From Gemmatimonadales bacterium (lineage in GTDB: Bacteria; Gemmatimonadota; Gemmatimonadetes; Gemmatimonadales; GWC2-71-9): 64,000 nucleotides of DNA. The notes beneath the pieces are model-generated. The model had not been told where the DNA came from, did no database searches, and worked only from the letters and a program-made list of their open reading frames with translations. Both the position numbers and the translations under genes were made by a program. Location of the stretch: positions 5,403-69,402 of the forward strand of contig DATICZ010000103.1 of NCBI GenBank assembly GCA_035456525.1. Reading direction: 5' to 3'. Positions 7,443 through 15,906 of the stretch are shown in pieces; positions within the stretch are counted from its first letter, which is position 1, and each line of letters starts with the position of its first letter.

Positions 7443-9543
7443 CCTCGAGCCAATCCTGCGACCGCGCTCCGTCGCCGTCATCGGCGCGTCGCGGCGTCCC
7501 GACACCATCGGCAACGAGATCCTCGCCAACATCGTGCGTTACGGCTTCACCGGCGCCGTGTTCCCCGTCAATCCCAAGGCCGCCACCGTCCACTCGATCA
7601 AGTCCTACCCGTCGGTCCTGGAGATCCCCGACCCGATCGACATGGCGGTGATCGTCGTTCCCCGGGAGCACGTGGCGGCGGTCGCCGAGCAGTGCGGGGA
7701 GAAGCGCGTCCGCGGCCTGGTGGTGATCTCAGCCGGCTTCAAGGAAGTCGGGGAGGCGGGCGCCGCGGCCGAACGACAACTGGTCGAGATCGTGCACCGC
7801 CACCGCATGCGGATGGTCGGGCCGAACTGCATGGGCGTGTTGAACGCGGACCCGGCGGTGTCGCTCAATGCGACCTTCGCCCCCTCGATGCCGCCGTTCG
7901 GGGCGGCGGCGTTCGTGTCGCAGTCGGGGGCGTTGGGTATGAGTGTCCTCGACTACGCCAAGGAATACGGCATCGGGATCTCGCAGTTCGTTTCGGTGGG
8001 CAACAAGCCCGACGTGAGCGGCAACGATCTGCTGCTCCATTGGGAGCACGACGACGCGGTCAAGGTGATCCTGATGTACGTGGAGAATTTCGGCAACCCG
8101 CGCCGGTTTCTGGAGATCGCCTCCCGCATCGCGAAGCAGAAGCCGATCATCGCCCTGAAGTCGGGTCGCTCCAAGGTCGGTGCGCGGGCCGCCCTCTCGC
8201 ATACCGGCGCCCTGGCCGCGAGCGACGCGGCGGTGGACGCGTTGCTCACCCAGGCCGGGGTGTTACGGGCCACCTCGATGGAAGAGCTGTTCGACATGGC
8301 GATGGCGTTCAACGGCCCGCCGCTGCCCCGCTCCCGGCGCACGGCAGTGCTCACCAATTCCGGTGGCCCCGGCATTCTCATCGCGGACGCACTCGAGCCC
8401 CAGGGACTGGAGCTCGTGGACCTCACGCCGGAGACCATCGAGCGGCTGCGGCCGCTGTTCCCGCCCGAAGCGAGCCTGCGCAACCCGGTCGACATGATCG
8501 CCTCGGCGACCGCGGCCGACTACCGGGCGGCGCTCGACGCCGTGCTGGCCGACGGCCACGTAGACTCGGCCGTCGCCATCTTCGTGCCTCCGCTCGGTAT
8601 TCGCGCCGAGGACGTCGCCGAGTCGATCGCGGCCGCAGCGCGCGAGCACCCGACCAAGCCGGTCATGGCCGTCCTGATGGGTCGTGAAGGACTCCAGGAA
8701 GGAAAGGCCGAGCTGCACCGCGCCGGTATCCCCACCTTCATCTTCCCCGAATCCGCGGCCCGGGCGCTGGGCGCCCTGCGGCGACTCCGGGGATGGCGCG
8801 CCCGCCCGGAGACCGTGTACAAACCGCTGCCGGTGGATCACGACCGCGCCGCCCGGTTGTTCGCCCAGGCCCGCGGCGCAGGCCGTCAGAAGCTTTCGGA
8901 GCTCGAGGTGCTGGGCGTGCTCACGGCCTACGGCATTCCGACGGCGCCCTCGCAGCTGGCGCGCGACCCCCGCGACGCCGCCCGCGCCGCCACCGAGATC
9001 GGCTACCCGGTGGTGCTCAAGGTCGTCTCGCCGCAGATCGTCCACAAAACCGAGGTCGGCGGCGTCCGCACCAACCTGGCGACCGCCGTGGAGGTGCAGG
9101 AGGCGTGTGCGGAGATGCTGAACGGCGTCGCCCGCGCGGCGCCCCAGGCCAGGATCGACGGGGTCCTGGTACAACGCATGGTTCCGGGCGGACGGGAGAC
9201 CATCGCCGGCGTGAGCCGCGACCGCGCGTTCGGCCCCCTCGTGATGTTCGGACTGGGCGGGATCTACGTCGAGGCGTTGCGCGACGTCGTCTTCCGCATC
9301 CCTCCCATCGGTCCGCTCGAGGCGCACGACATGCTGAAGGGGATCAAGAGCGTGGCGATCCTGGACGGCGTACGTGGCGCCCCCCCGGTCGATTTCGCGG
9401 CGCTGGGCGAGGCGCTGCAGCGGGTGGCCCAGCTGGCGACCGATTTCGAGGAAATCGTCGAGCTGGACATCAACCCGCTGCTGGCGTTCCCGTACGGGGC
9501 CACGGCAGTGGACGCCCGGATCCTGCTCGCGCCTACGCCCTGA
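7435..9543 (+). CDS. ADP-forming acetyl-CoA synthetase family protein (CoA-binding + succinyl-CoA-ligase-like + ATP-grasp domains)
   Basis: The N-terminus MPDLEPILRPRSVAVIGASRRPDTIGNEIL is a typical CoA-binding start. The C-terminal ATP-grasp part includes YPVVLKVVSPQIVHKTEVGGV. The track ORF starts at GTG 7393; I consider ATG 7435 more likely. Confidence 0.9.
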   Translation: MPDLEPILRPRSVAVIGASRRPDTIGNEILANIVRYGFTGAVFPVNPKAATVHSIKSYPSVLEIPDPIDMAVIVVPREHVAAVAEQCGEKRVRGLVVISAGFKEVGEAGAAAERQLVEIVHRHRMRMVGPNCMGVLNADPAVSLNATFAPSMPPFGAAAFVSQSGALGMSVLDYAKEYGIGISQFVSVGNKPDVSGNDLLLHWEHDDAVKVILMYVENFGNPRRFLEIASRIAKQKPIIALKSGRSKVGARAALSHTGALAASDAAVDALLTQAGVLRATSMEELFDMAMAFNGPPLPRSRRTAVLTNSGGPGILIADALEPQGLELVDLTPETIERLRPLFPPEASLRNPVDMIASATAADYRAALDAVLADGHVDSAVAIFVPPLGIRAEDVAESIAAAAREHPTKPVMAVLMGREGLQEGKAELHRAGIPTFIFPESAARALGALRRLRGWRARPETVYKPLPVDHDRAARLFAQARGAGRQKLSELEVLGVLTAYGIPTAPSQLARDPRDAARAATEIGYPVVLKVVSPQIVHKTEVGGVRTNLATAVEVQEACAEMLNGVARAAPQARIDGVLVQRMVPGGRETIAGVSRDRAFGPLVMFGLGGIYVEALRDVVFRIPPIGPLEAHDMLKGIKSVAILDGVRGAPPVDFAALGEALQRVAQLATDFEEIVELDINPLLAFPYGATAVDARILLAPTP

Positions 9544-9552
9544 GCCCCGCTG

Positions 9553-11631
9553 CTAGTTCGACGACGACGTCGCGGCCGCCGCTGCCTGCTGGCCGCCGTG
9601 CTTCTGGTACCAGCTCATCATGTAGAGCTGGGTGCGCATGAAGTTGGACGGCTTGGAGCCCGTCCCGTGGTACTCCCCGTTGAACCGCAGCATCACGGTC
9701 TCGACGCCACGGTATTTCAGCGCCGAGTAGTACTCCTCCGTTTGCGGCATCGGCGTGCGCAGGTCGAGCTCTCCCGTCATGAGCAGCGTCGGCGTGGTCA
9801 CGTTGCCCACGTACATCAGCGACGACTGCTTGAGCCACTGGTCCGGCTTCTCCCAGAACGGGGCGTCGAAGAAGTTGTAGGTGAACAGCGGGATGTCGGT
9901 CTGCCCCGCCATGCTGATCCAGTCGATCACCGGGCAGCGCACTGCCGCGGCGGCGAACCGGCGCGTGTGCCCGATCACCCACGAGGAGAGCACGCCCCCG
10001 CCGGAGCAGCCGGACACGTACAGGCGCGTGGTGTCGACGAAGCCGCGCCCAATCACCGTATCCACGCCGGCCATGAGATCGTCGTAGTCCACGCTCGGGT
10101 AGGCGTGGAAGATTGCGTTGCCGAACGCCGACCCGTACCCCGTGCTGCCGCGCGGATTGACGTACAGCACCACGTAACCGTTCGCCGCGAAGTTCTGGAA
10201 CATGTAATTGAAGCCGACGCCGTACATCCCGTGCGGCCCGCCGTGGATCTCGAGGATGAGCGGATACTTGCGGGCGGGGTCGAACGATGGCGGCTTCACG
10301 ATCCACCCCTGAATCCGCGCCCCACCGCTCGAGCCGTACCAGACCTCTTCGACCTTGGCCAGGCGAATGCGCTCCAGCACGTCGGCGTTGACGTTGGTGA
10401 GCCGGAGCCCCGCGTCGGGGCGTCGCAGATTGTAGCGCACCACGTCCGGCGGGTTCGTCGGATCGCTCCGGACGCCGACGGCGTTCAGGGTACGATCGAG
10501 CGAGGTGAGCGACTGCATGTGCGTCCCGCTGGTGAGCTGGCGTGGACCGCCGCCCGCCAGCGCGGCGAACCAGACGTTCTGCGTCCCGCGGTCGCCGGCG
10601 GTGAAGTAGAGGCCGCTCCCGTCGGGAGCCCAGCGCAGGCCGCCGGGATCCCGGTCCAGGTCGCCCGAGACCTTCCGCATCCCGCCGCCGTCGAGTCCGA
10701 TCACCCACAGATCTTCCGCCCGGTAGCTGACGTCGGCGGAGTCATAGCCGGTGAAGGCGACGCTGCGCCCGTCCGGCGAGACGACCGGGTCGTTCCACGT
10801 TCCGGGACGCGTCGTGAGCTGGCGGATCGCGCCGCTCGCGACGTCCACGACGTAGAGGCGCGAAGCACGGTAGTTGCGGTCGGCGCCCGGGTCCTTGAAC
10901 CCATCCACCACGATGGACTTGCCGTCGGGCGTCCAGCTGTAGCCGACGCCCGAAGAGAGGCCGTCGAAACGCGCCCCCACGTTCCAGTCGCCACTCGTGA
11001 GCTGGCGCGGGGTGCCGCCGTCGGCGGGAACGAGAAACAGGTGCAGGTAGCCGTCCTCCATGAAGCCGCGCCGGTCCTGCCGGTAGTGCAGCCGGTCCAC
11101 CACCCGCGGCGCCGCGGTCCAGTTGGCCCCGGTCGGCGCGGCCGGCATGCTGATGGTCCAGGGCGTCGTGTGCCGCACCAGCATCGCGAACGAGAGCGAT
11201 TTCCCGTCCGGCGACCAGCGCAGCTCACTCGGCGACTCGGTGACCCGCGTGATCTGGGAGGTGGCGCCTTCGGCGTCCATCCAGCGGACGAACACCTGCG
11301 TCCCCTTGGGCTCCCCGTCGGCGAAGTAGGCGAGGCGGCCGCCGTCGGGCGACCAGCGCGCGCTCGAGCCCTTGGTCAGGAACCGCGCCTTCGAGCCGTC
11401 GGCGTTCATGATCCACAGGGCCGATTCCCAGCGGTCCTCCAGCCGGTTCACCCACGTCCGCGTGTACACGATGTGCGACCCGTCGGGCGAGAGCTGCGGG
11501 TCGCTGACCTGCTCCCAGTCCAGGTAGTGGTTGACGGTGAGCAGCGTGTCGGACGCGGTCTCCTGGGCCCTGATCGACGCAGGAAGCACCGCGACCAGTG
11601 CCACGATCGCCAATGACGAGTAGGTCTTCAT
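9553..11631 (-). CDS. S9 family serine peptidase with an N-terminal beta-propeller (acylaminoacyl-peptidase-like), secreted
   Basis: 692 aa. Signal peptide MKTYSSLAIVALVAVLPASIRAQ, TolB-like propeller repeats (SPDG...), and a catalytic region VSGCSGGGVLS. A purine-rich SD precedes the ATG. Confidence 0.9.
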   Translation of the reverse strand: MKTYSSLAIVALVAVLPASIRAQETASDTLLTVNHYLDWEQVSDPQLSPDGSHIVYTRTWVNRLEDRWESALWIMNADGSKARFLTKGSSARWSPDGGRLAYFADGEPKGTQVFVRWMDAEGATSQITRVTESPSELRWSPDGKSLSFAMLVRHTTPWTISMPAAPTGANWTAAPRVVDRLHYRQDRRGFMEDGYLHLFLVPADGGTPRQLTSGDWNVGARFDGLSSGVGYSWTPDGKSIVVDGFKDPGADRNYRASRLYVVDVASGAIRQLTTRPGTWNDPVVSPDGRSVAFTGYDSADVSYRAEDLWVIGLDGGGMRKVSGDLDRDPGGLRWAPDGSGLYFTAGDRGTQNVWFAALAGGGPRQLTSGTHMQSLTSLDRTLNAVGVRSDPTNPPDVVRYNLRRPDAGLRLTNVNADVLERIRLAKVEEVWYGSSGGARIQGWIVKPPSFDPARKYPLILEIHGGPHGMYGVGFNYMFQNFAANGYVVLYVNPRGSTGYGSAFGNAIFHAYPSVDYDDLMAGVDTVIGRGFVDTTRLYVSGCSGGGVLSSWVIGHTRRFAAAAVRCPVIDWISMAGQTDIPLFTYNFFDAPFWEKPDQWLKQSSLMYVGNVTTPTLLMTGELDLRTPMPQTEEYYSALKYRGVETVMLRFNGEYHGTGSKPSNFMRTQLYMMSWYQKHGGQQAAAAATSSSN

Positions 11632-11650
11632 GAGTCTCCCCCTCTCCTCA

Positions 11651-11685
11651 GCTGATAGCTGACGGCTGATAGCTGATAGCTGATA
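11651..11685. repeat. heptanucleotide tandem repeat GCTGATA x5 (second copy GCTGACG)
   Basis: Read directly: gctgata gctgacg gctgata gctgata gctgata. It sits in the 60-nt spacer between the M55 stop (11692) and the S9 start (11631), immediately upstream of the S9 ribosome-binding site. Confidence 0.9.
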
Positions 11686-11691
11686 GCGCCT

Positions 11692-12723
11692 CTATGGTTT
11701 CAAAACAATCCACTCGATCTCGTTGAGCACGTTGCCGACGGCTTCCGCCGAGTCGGTGCGATAGGTGAAGCAACGGCCGGTGGAATCGCCCACCATCCGC
11801 TCCACCCCGGCGAGTTTCGCCGTAGCCTCGGGCACCCACGGTTGGTATGTCGAACGCGTGCAGAAGGCCACGGTGTACGGGCGTTCGATGCGCAGCGGCT
11901 TGATGCGGCCCGCCCGCACGCCCCGCACCGCGCGGGCCGCGGCAGCGCGGATCTGGCGCTGCACCACGGCCGGCGGGAACACGGCCGCTGCGCTGCGACT
12001 CTCGGCGATCTTCGTCGTGACCGTCTCGAGGTCGCCCACCATCCCGCGCGTCTCGGCGGTGAGCACGTTGTCCCCCGCGGCGAGCGCCAGGGGCACGCCC
12101 ATCTCCCCGCCGATGAACGCGGCGATCCCGGCCTCGTTCAGCACGTGGCCGTTCACGGTGAAGGAGTCGAACGCGTAGCTGTGGGCGATGATCCCCGGCG
12201 TGCCCGCGTTCGCATGGGCGCCGATGATGAACAGCGCGTCCACTTTCGGGTTCAGTCCGGTCTCCATCACGTTGGGCTTGGGGTAGCCGCGCACCAGGAT
12301 CGCTTCGGGGTCCAGGTCTTCGGGATGGATGTTGCGGAACAGCGTCCCGCCGTGGCCTTCGTTCACGACGAACTGGGTGGCGCCGGCGAGCCGCGCCCCG
12401 GCGATCGCCGCGTTGACTTCGTCCGCCAGCTCCTTGCGGAAGGCCTCGTGCGTCGCGTCGTGCCCGCCGCGCGCCTCGGGACGCATCTCGGTGGCGTTGC
12501 GCACCACGCCGGCGAGCCCTTCCATGTCGGCGATGATGTACACCGTGAAGCCGGTGGGCTGCATCAGCGCTTCGAGCTTGGCGCGGGCCTGCTGGTATTC
12601 GGTGACCCCGTAGTACGCCGCGGGGGGCGTGGTGTCGCGCGGGGGAGCCTGCTGCTGTTGCTGCCCGGCGGCCAGCGCCGGCGCCATGCTGACGGCCAGG
12701 AGACCGAGGAGGCGCGCGCTCAC
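11692..12723 (-). CDS. M55 family metallopeptidase (DppA-type D-aminopeptidase-like), secreted
   Basis: 343 aa. Signal peptide followed by a QQQQQ tract. Motifs YIIADMEGLAGV, NEGHGG and AHANAGTPGIIAHS. GTG start overlapping the upstream stop (GTGA). Confidence 0.85.
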   Translation of the reverse strand: MSARLLGLLAVSMAPALAAGQQQQQAPPRDTTPPAAYYGVTEYQQARAKLEALMQPTGFTVYIIADMEGLAGVVRNATEMRPEARGGHDATHEAFRKELADEVNAAIAGARLAGATQFVVNEGHGGTLFRNIHPEDLDPEAILVRGYPKPNVMETGLNPKVDALFIIGAHANAGTPGIIAHSYAFDSFTVNGHVLNEAGIAAFIGGEMGVPLALAAGDNVLTAETRGMVGDLETVTTKIAESRSAAAVFPPAVVQRQIRAAAARAVRGVRAGRIKPLRIERPYTVAFCTRSTYQPWVPEATAKLAGVERMVGDSTGRCFTYRTDSAEAVGNVLNEIEWIVLKP

Positions 12724-13691
12724 CGCAGCACCACTCGTTCGATCGCGTCGAGCAGATACCCCATCTGCCGCGCGTCGCCGGTCGTCAGGCGGTAGGAGCG
12801 TTCGCCGGTCTTCTCGAGCCCGGTCCAGTTGAGCGAGTCCACACGGGCCACCACCACCTCCGGGTAGCTGCGGCGGAGGGCGAAGGCGACGTGGTAGGGC
12901 TTGTCGAGCCGGAACGGCTTGAACTCGCCCCGCATGGCGCGGCGCACCGCGACCGCGGCCGAGTCGCGCAGCCAGCGCCGGACCCGGGTGGGGCTGAACG
13001 TGATCGCGGCCATGCGGCCCACCGCGTACTTCGTGACGATCCCGATGAACCCGGTCCCCAGGATCGCCCGCGTCTCCGCGATCTCAGCGTCGTCGCCCGA
13101 AACGAGGGAGACCGCGACGCCGTACTCGCTCGCGATCAACGCGTTGATCCCGACTTCGTTCAGGCTCTTCCCGTTCACCGTGAAGGTGTCGAAGGCGAAG
13201 TTGTGCGCCAGGATGCCGGGATGCCCGGGCCCGGCATGGGCGCCGGTGAACATCAGCGTCCCCACCGTCGAGTCGATGCCGGTCACCATGATCAGGGGTT
13301 TGGGAAACCCGCGGATGAGAATCGCGCCGGTGTCGAGGTCCCAGGGAATGATGTTGGCGAACAGGTTGCCGCCGTGCCCTTCGTTCACGACGAAGGAGCG
13401 CGCCCCCGCCAGCCGCGCGCCGGCAATCGTGGCGTTCACCTCGCGCGTCAGCAGATCCCGAAAATGATCCCAGTAGTCGGGGCTCGTCAGCGTCCGGTAC
13501 TGCTCTCCTTCGTTGCCGGCGATCACCTCGTGGATGTCCACCGCGCTCCCCATGCCTTCCATATCGGGGACGATGAAGACGCGGAAGCCGTTCGGCGGCG
13601 GGAGGTGAGGCGGCGTATACGGTGTGGCCTGAGCGGTGAGCAGGGAACCCGGAGCACAGAGCAGGACGGCGAGCAAACCGATTCGCGGCAT
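12720..13691 (-). CDS. M55 family metallopeptidase, tandem paralogue, secreted
   Basis: 323 aa. Signal peptide MPRIGLLAVLLCAPGSLLTAQA. Motifs FIVPDMEGMGSAV, NEGHGG and AHAGPGHPGILAHN. Confidence 0.85.
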   Translation of the reverse strand: MPRIGLLAVLLCAPGSLLTAQATPYTPPHLPPPNGFRVFIVPDMEGMGSAVDIHEVIAGNEGEQYRTLTSPDYWDHFRDLLTREVNATIAGARLAGARSFVVNEGHGGNLFANIIPWDLDTGAILIRGFPKPLIMVTGIDSTVGTLMFTGAHAGPGHPGILAHNFAFDTFTVNGKSLNEVGINALIASEYGVAVSLVSGDDAEIAETRAILGTGFIGIVTKYAVGRMAAITFSPTRVRRWLRDSAAVAVRRAMRGEFKPFRLDKPYHVAFALRRSYPEVVVARVDSLNWTGLEKTGERSYRLTTGDARQMGYLLDAIERVVLR

Positions 13692-13770
13692 GACGGCCCT
13701 CGAGCGCGGGGAGCTGAGGGTGGAAAGCTGCAGGTTGCGCGTGTGTCCCGCTAGCTCGGAGCCTGGTCGC

Positions 13771-14889
13771 CTAGTCGAGGTGCACGTTGATCAACGGCAG
13801 CACGCGCAGGATGCCCCGGTTGTTCCGCGCGTTATTGATGAGACCGAGCTGTACGCCGTGCAGCTGCTTCGCGTAGTTGTAGATCCCGATCGTGAGGCCG
13901 CGTTGCCCGCCCTTGATGCGGTTGTAGCCCGCGATCGACACGCCGGTCATGTCCCAGGTTCGCGTCCGGATGGGCGAGATGGCCAACCCCTCGATCCACC
14001 TCCCCTCCACGTGCACGCCACCGATCGCCACCCCACGCAACCCCTGGCCGCCGACCACGGCCAGTCCGGCGACCGCCAGCCCCGTCATGGTCTGGTCCGT
14101 GACGACGGCGAGTCCCGCCGCGCTGATCCCGCGCACTCGTCCGTTCCCCACCACCGCCAGGCCCGCAACACTCACACCGTCCACCGCGCCGTCGGACACG
14201 ACCGCGAGACCACCGGCGGTGATCCCCCACACCCCGCGGTTCCCCACGACGGCCAGGCCGCCCACGCTCACACCACCCAACACGCCGTTGGCGACCGTGC
14301 CGAGGCCCGAGACGTTGATCCCTCCCAGGTCGCCGTCGGCGACGACGCCCAGGCCCGCCAGGTTCAGACCGCGCATCGAGCGGTTGGCAACGGTCCCGAG
14401 TCCCGACACGTTGATCCCCGTCATGTCGCCGTTCGACACCACGCCCAACCCGGCGACGGTGAGGCCCCGGGTGTCACCGTTGGAGACCGCTCCCAGGCCG
14501 GCGAGCGTCACCCCGTGGAAGCCCCGTTCCGCCACGGCCCCGATCCCCCCTATGGTCACGCCGTTGAATGTCCCGCCCACGGGGCCCGCGATGCCGACGG
14601 CCACACCGTTCAACACCATCGTTTCATTGTGCTGCGGGGCCCAGATCGTGAGGTTGAGCCCGTTCACCTGTTCGACGGCGTTATCCCGGAAGTTGATCCG
14701 CAGGCCGGTCCAGCGACGCGAGTTGCCGATGCTCAGACCCACGCCGTGCACGCCGAGATTCAGGGCGCGGTACCCCGGGCGGTCACTGGCAGGGGGGGCC
14801 TGACCGGAGTCGGCCTGTGCGAACAGGCCGGCCGGTAGCGCAGCGGCCAGCACGGCGGTGAACGCGACGGCGAACGTGACCCGCCTCAT
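13771..14889 (-). CDS. secreted repeat protein with about 12 tandem 16-residue Gly/Val/Leu-rich repeats
   Basis: The true start is MRRVTFAVAFTAVLAAALPAGLFAQ at 14889; the upstream 85 codons of the track ORF look non-coding. The repeats read GVTLAGLGAVSNGDTR / GLTVAGLGVVSNGDMT / GINVSGLGTVANRSMR and so on. The C-terminus is GVQLGLINNARNNRGILRVLPLINVHLD. Confidence 0.8.
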   Translation of the reverse strand: MRRVTFAVAFTAVLAAALPAGLFAQADSGQAPPASDRPGYRALNLGVHGVGLSIGNSRRWTGLRINFRDNAVEQVNGLNLTIWAPQHNETMVLNGVAVGIAGPVGGTFNGVTIGGIGAVAERGFHGVTLAGLGAVSNGDTRGLTVAGLGVVSNGDMTGINVSGLGTVANRSMRGLNLAGLGVVADGDLGGINVSGLGTVANGVLGGVSVGGLAVVGNRGVWGITAGGLAVVSDGAVDGVSVAGLAVVGNGRVRGISAAGLAVVTDQTMTGLAVAGLAVVGGQGLRGVAIGGVHVEGRWIEGLAISPIRTRTWDMTGVSIAGYNRIKGGQRGLTIGIYNYAKQLHGVQLGLINNARNNRGILRVLPLINVHLD

Positions 14890-15019
14890 CGGCGTCCTCG
14901 GGTGGAGGGAGAATGCGGCTAGTACGGGATCGCCACGCATCGGGTTCCATGCGCGGGAGCGGATGGACGGCGTGCATCTTGCCAGGCCGAGCCGGGAGGA
15001 CCACGTTTCTGGGCGCGCG

Positions 15020-15904
15020 ATGACCACACGACGAGCGGTACTCGCCAAGCTGAGGCTGTGGTTCGACACGGCGGCGACGCCCGCCGGAGGGAATCCGGCC
15101 GAGCACCGGGTGGATTGGGTGCGCGTGTTGCCGTTCGTCGCCATGCATCTCGCCTGCCTGGGGGTGATCTGGGTGGGGGCGAGCCGGGCGGCGGTGGGCG
15201 TCGCGGCCGGCCTCTACGTGATGCGCATGTTCTTCGTGACCGCGTTCTACCATCGCTACTTCTCCCACCGCACCTTCGAGACCACGCGCCCCGCCCAATT
15301 CGCCTTCGCGGTGCTGGGCGCGACCTGCGTGCAGCGAGGGCCGCTCTGGTGGGCGGCTCACCACCGCAAGCACCACCGGCACGCGGACACGCCGGACGAC
15401 GTGCACAGCCCGCGCCAGCACGGCTTCTGGTGGAGCCACATGGGGTGGATCACCTCGCCGGAGAATTTCCCCACCGACCTGCAGCAGGTGCCGGATTTGG
15501 CCAAGTATCCCGAGCTCCGCTTCCTCGACCGCTTCGACATCGTCGTCCCGTTGCTGCTGGCCCTGGTCCTGTTCCTGATCGGCGGCGCGCAGTGGCTGGT
15601 GTGGGGGTTCTTCATCAGTACGGTCGTGTTGTTCCACTGCAGCTGCTTCATCAACTCGCTGGCCCATCAGCTGGGGCGCCGCCGCTACCCCACCCCCGAC
15701 GACAGCAAGAACAGCCTGATCCTCTCGCTCATCACGTTCGGCGAGGGGTGGCACAACAACCACCACTGGTATCCCGGGGCCGCGCGCCAGGGGTTCTTCT
15801 GGTGGGAGGTGGACCTGACCTACTACGGGCTGTGGCTACTCGCCCGCATCCGGATCATCCGGAACCTCCACCCCGTGCCGGCCAGAGTCCTGGAGCGCAG
15901 CTGA
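15020..15904 (+). CDS. acyl-CoA (stearoyl-CoA type, delta-9-like) fatty acid desaturase
   Basis: Three histidine boxes are present: HRYFSH, HHRKHHRHAD and HNNHH. The protein is polytopic. The start MTTRRAV at 15020 lies within track ORF 14858..15904. Confidence 0.9.
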   Translation: MTTRRAVLAKLRLWFDTAATPAGGNPAEHRVDWVRVLPFVAMHLACLGVIWVGASRAAVGVAAGLYVMRMFFVTAFYHRYFSHRTFETTRPAQFAFAVLGATCVQRGPLWWAAHHRKHHRHADTPDDVHSPRQHGFWWSHMGWITSPENFPTDLQQVPDLAKYPELRFLDRFDIVVPLLLALVLFLIGGAQWLVWGFFISTVVLFHCSCFINSLAHQLGRRRYPTPDDSKNSLILSLITFGEGWHNNHHWYPGAARQGFFWWEVDLTYYGLWLLARIRIIRNLHPVPARVLERS

Positions 15905-15906
15905 AC

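Noticed and set aside
6981-7532. 183-aa minus-strand ORF covering the candidate selenoprotein region. It shares the same strong 3-nt compositional periodicity.
   Set aside because: Its N-terminus would overlap the well-supported ACS start region and its C-terminus would run through the TetR operator region. The sequence is Arg/Gly/Pro-rich and carries no motifs. Codon-position GC alone cannot exclude it, so strand assignment of 7281-7385 rests on composition and operon logic. This is one reason the Sec call stays below 0.5.
13990-14610. 48-nt periodic DNA that could be mistaken for a CRISPR-like or satellite array
   Set aside because: The periodicity is in frame within a signal-peptide-bearing ORF and encodes 16-residue protein repeats. 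The units are diverged, there is no repeat-spacer architecture, and no cas genes are nearby.
15058-15906. N-terminal 283 codons of the 682-aa ORF, which look like a fused desaturase-methyltransferase. The same pattern appears at 18641..19924 upstream of the MFS gene and at 31798..32115 upstream of MATE.
   Set aside because: These upstream portions are out-of-frame overlaps with the preceding genes. They are Arg/Pro-rich, and the recognisable protein begins at an internal start right after the upstream stop.
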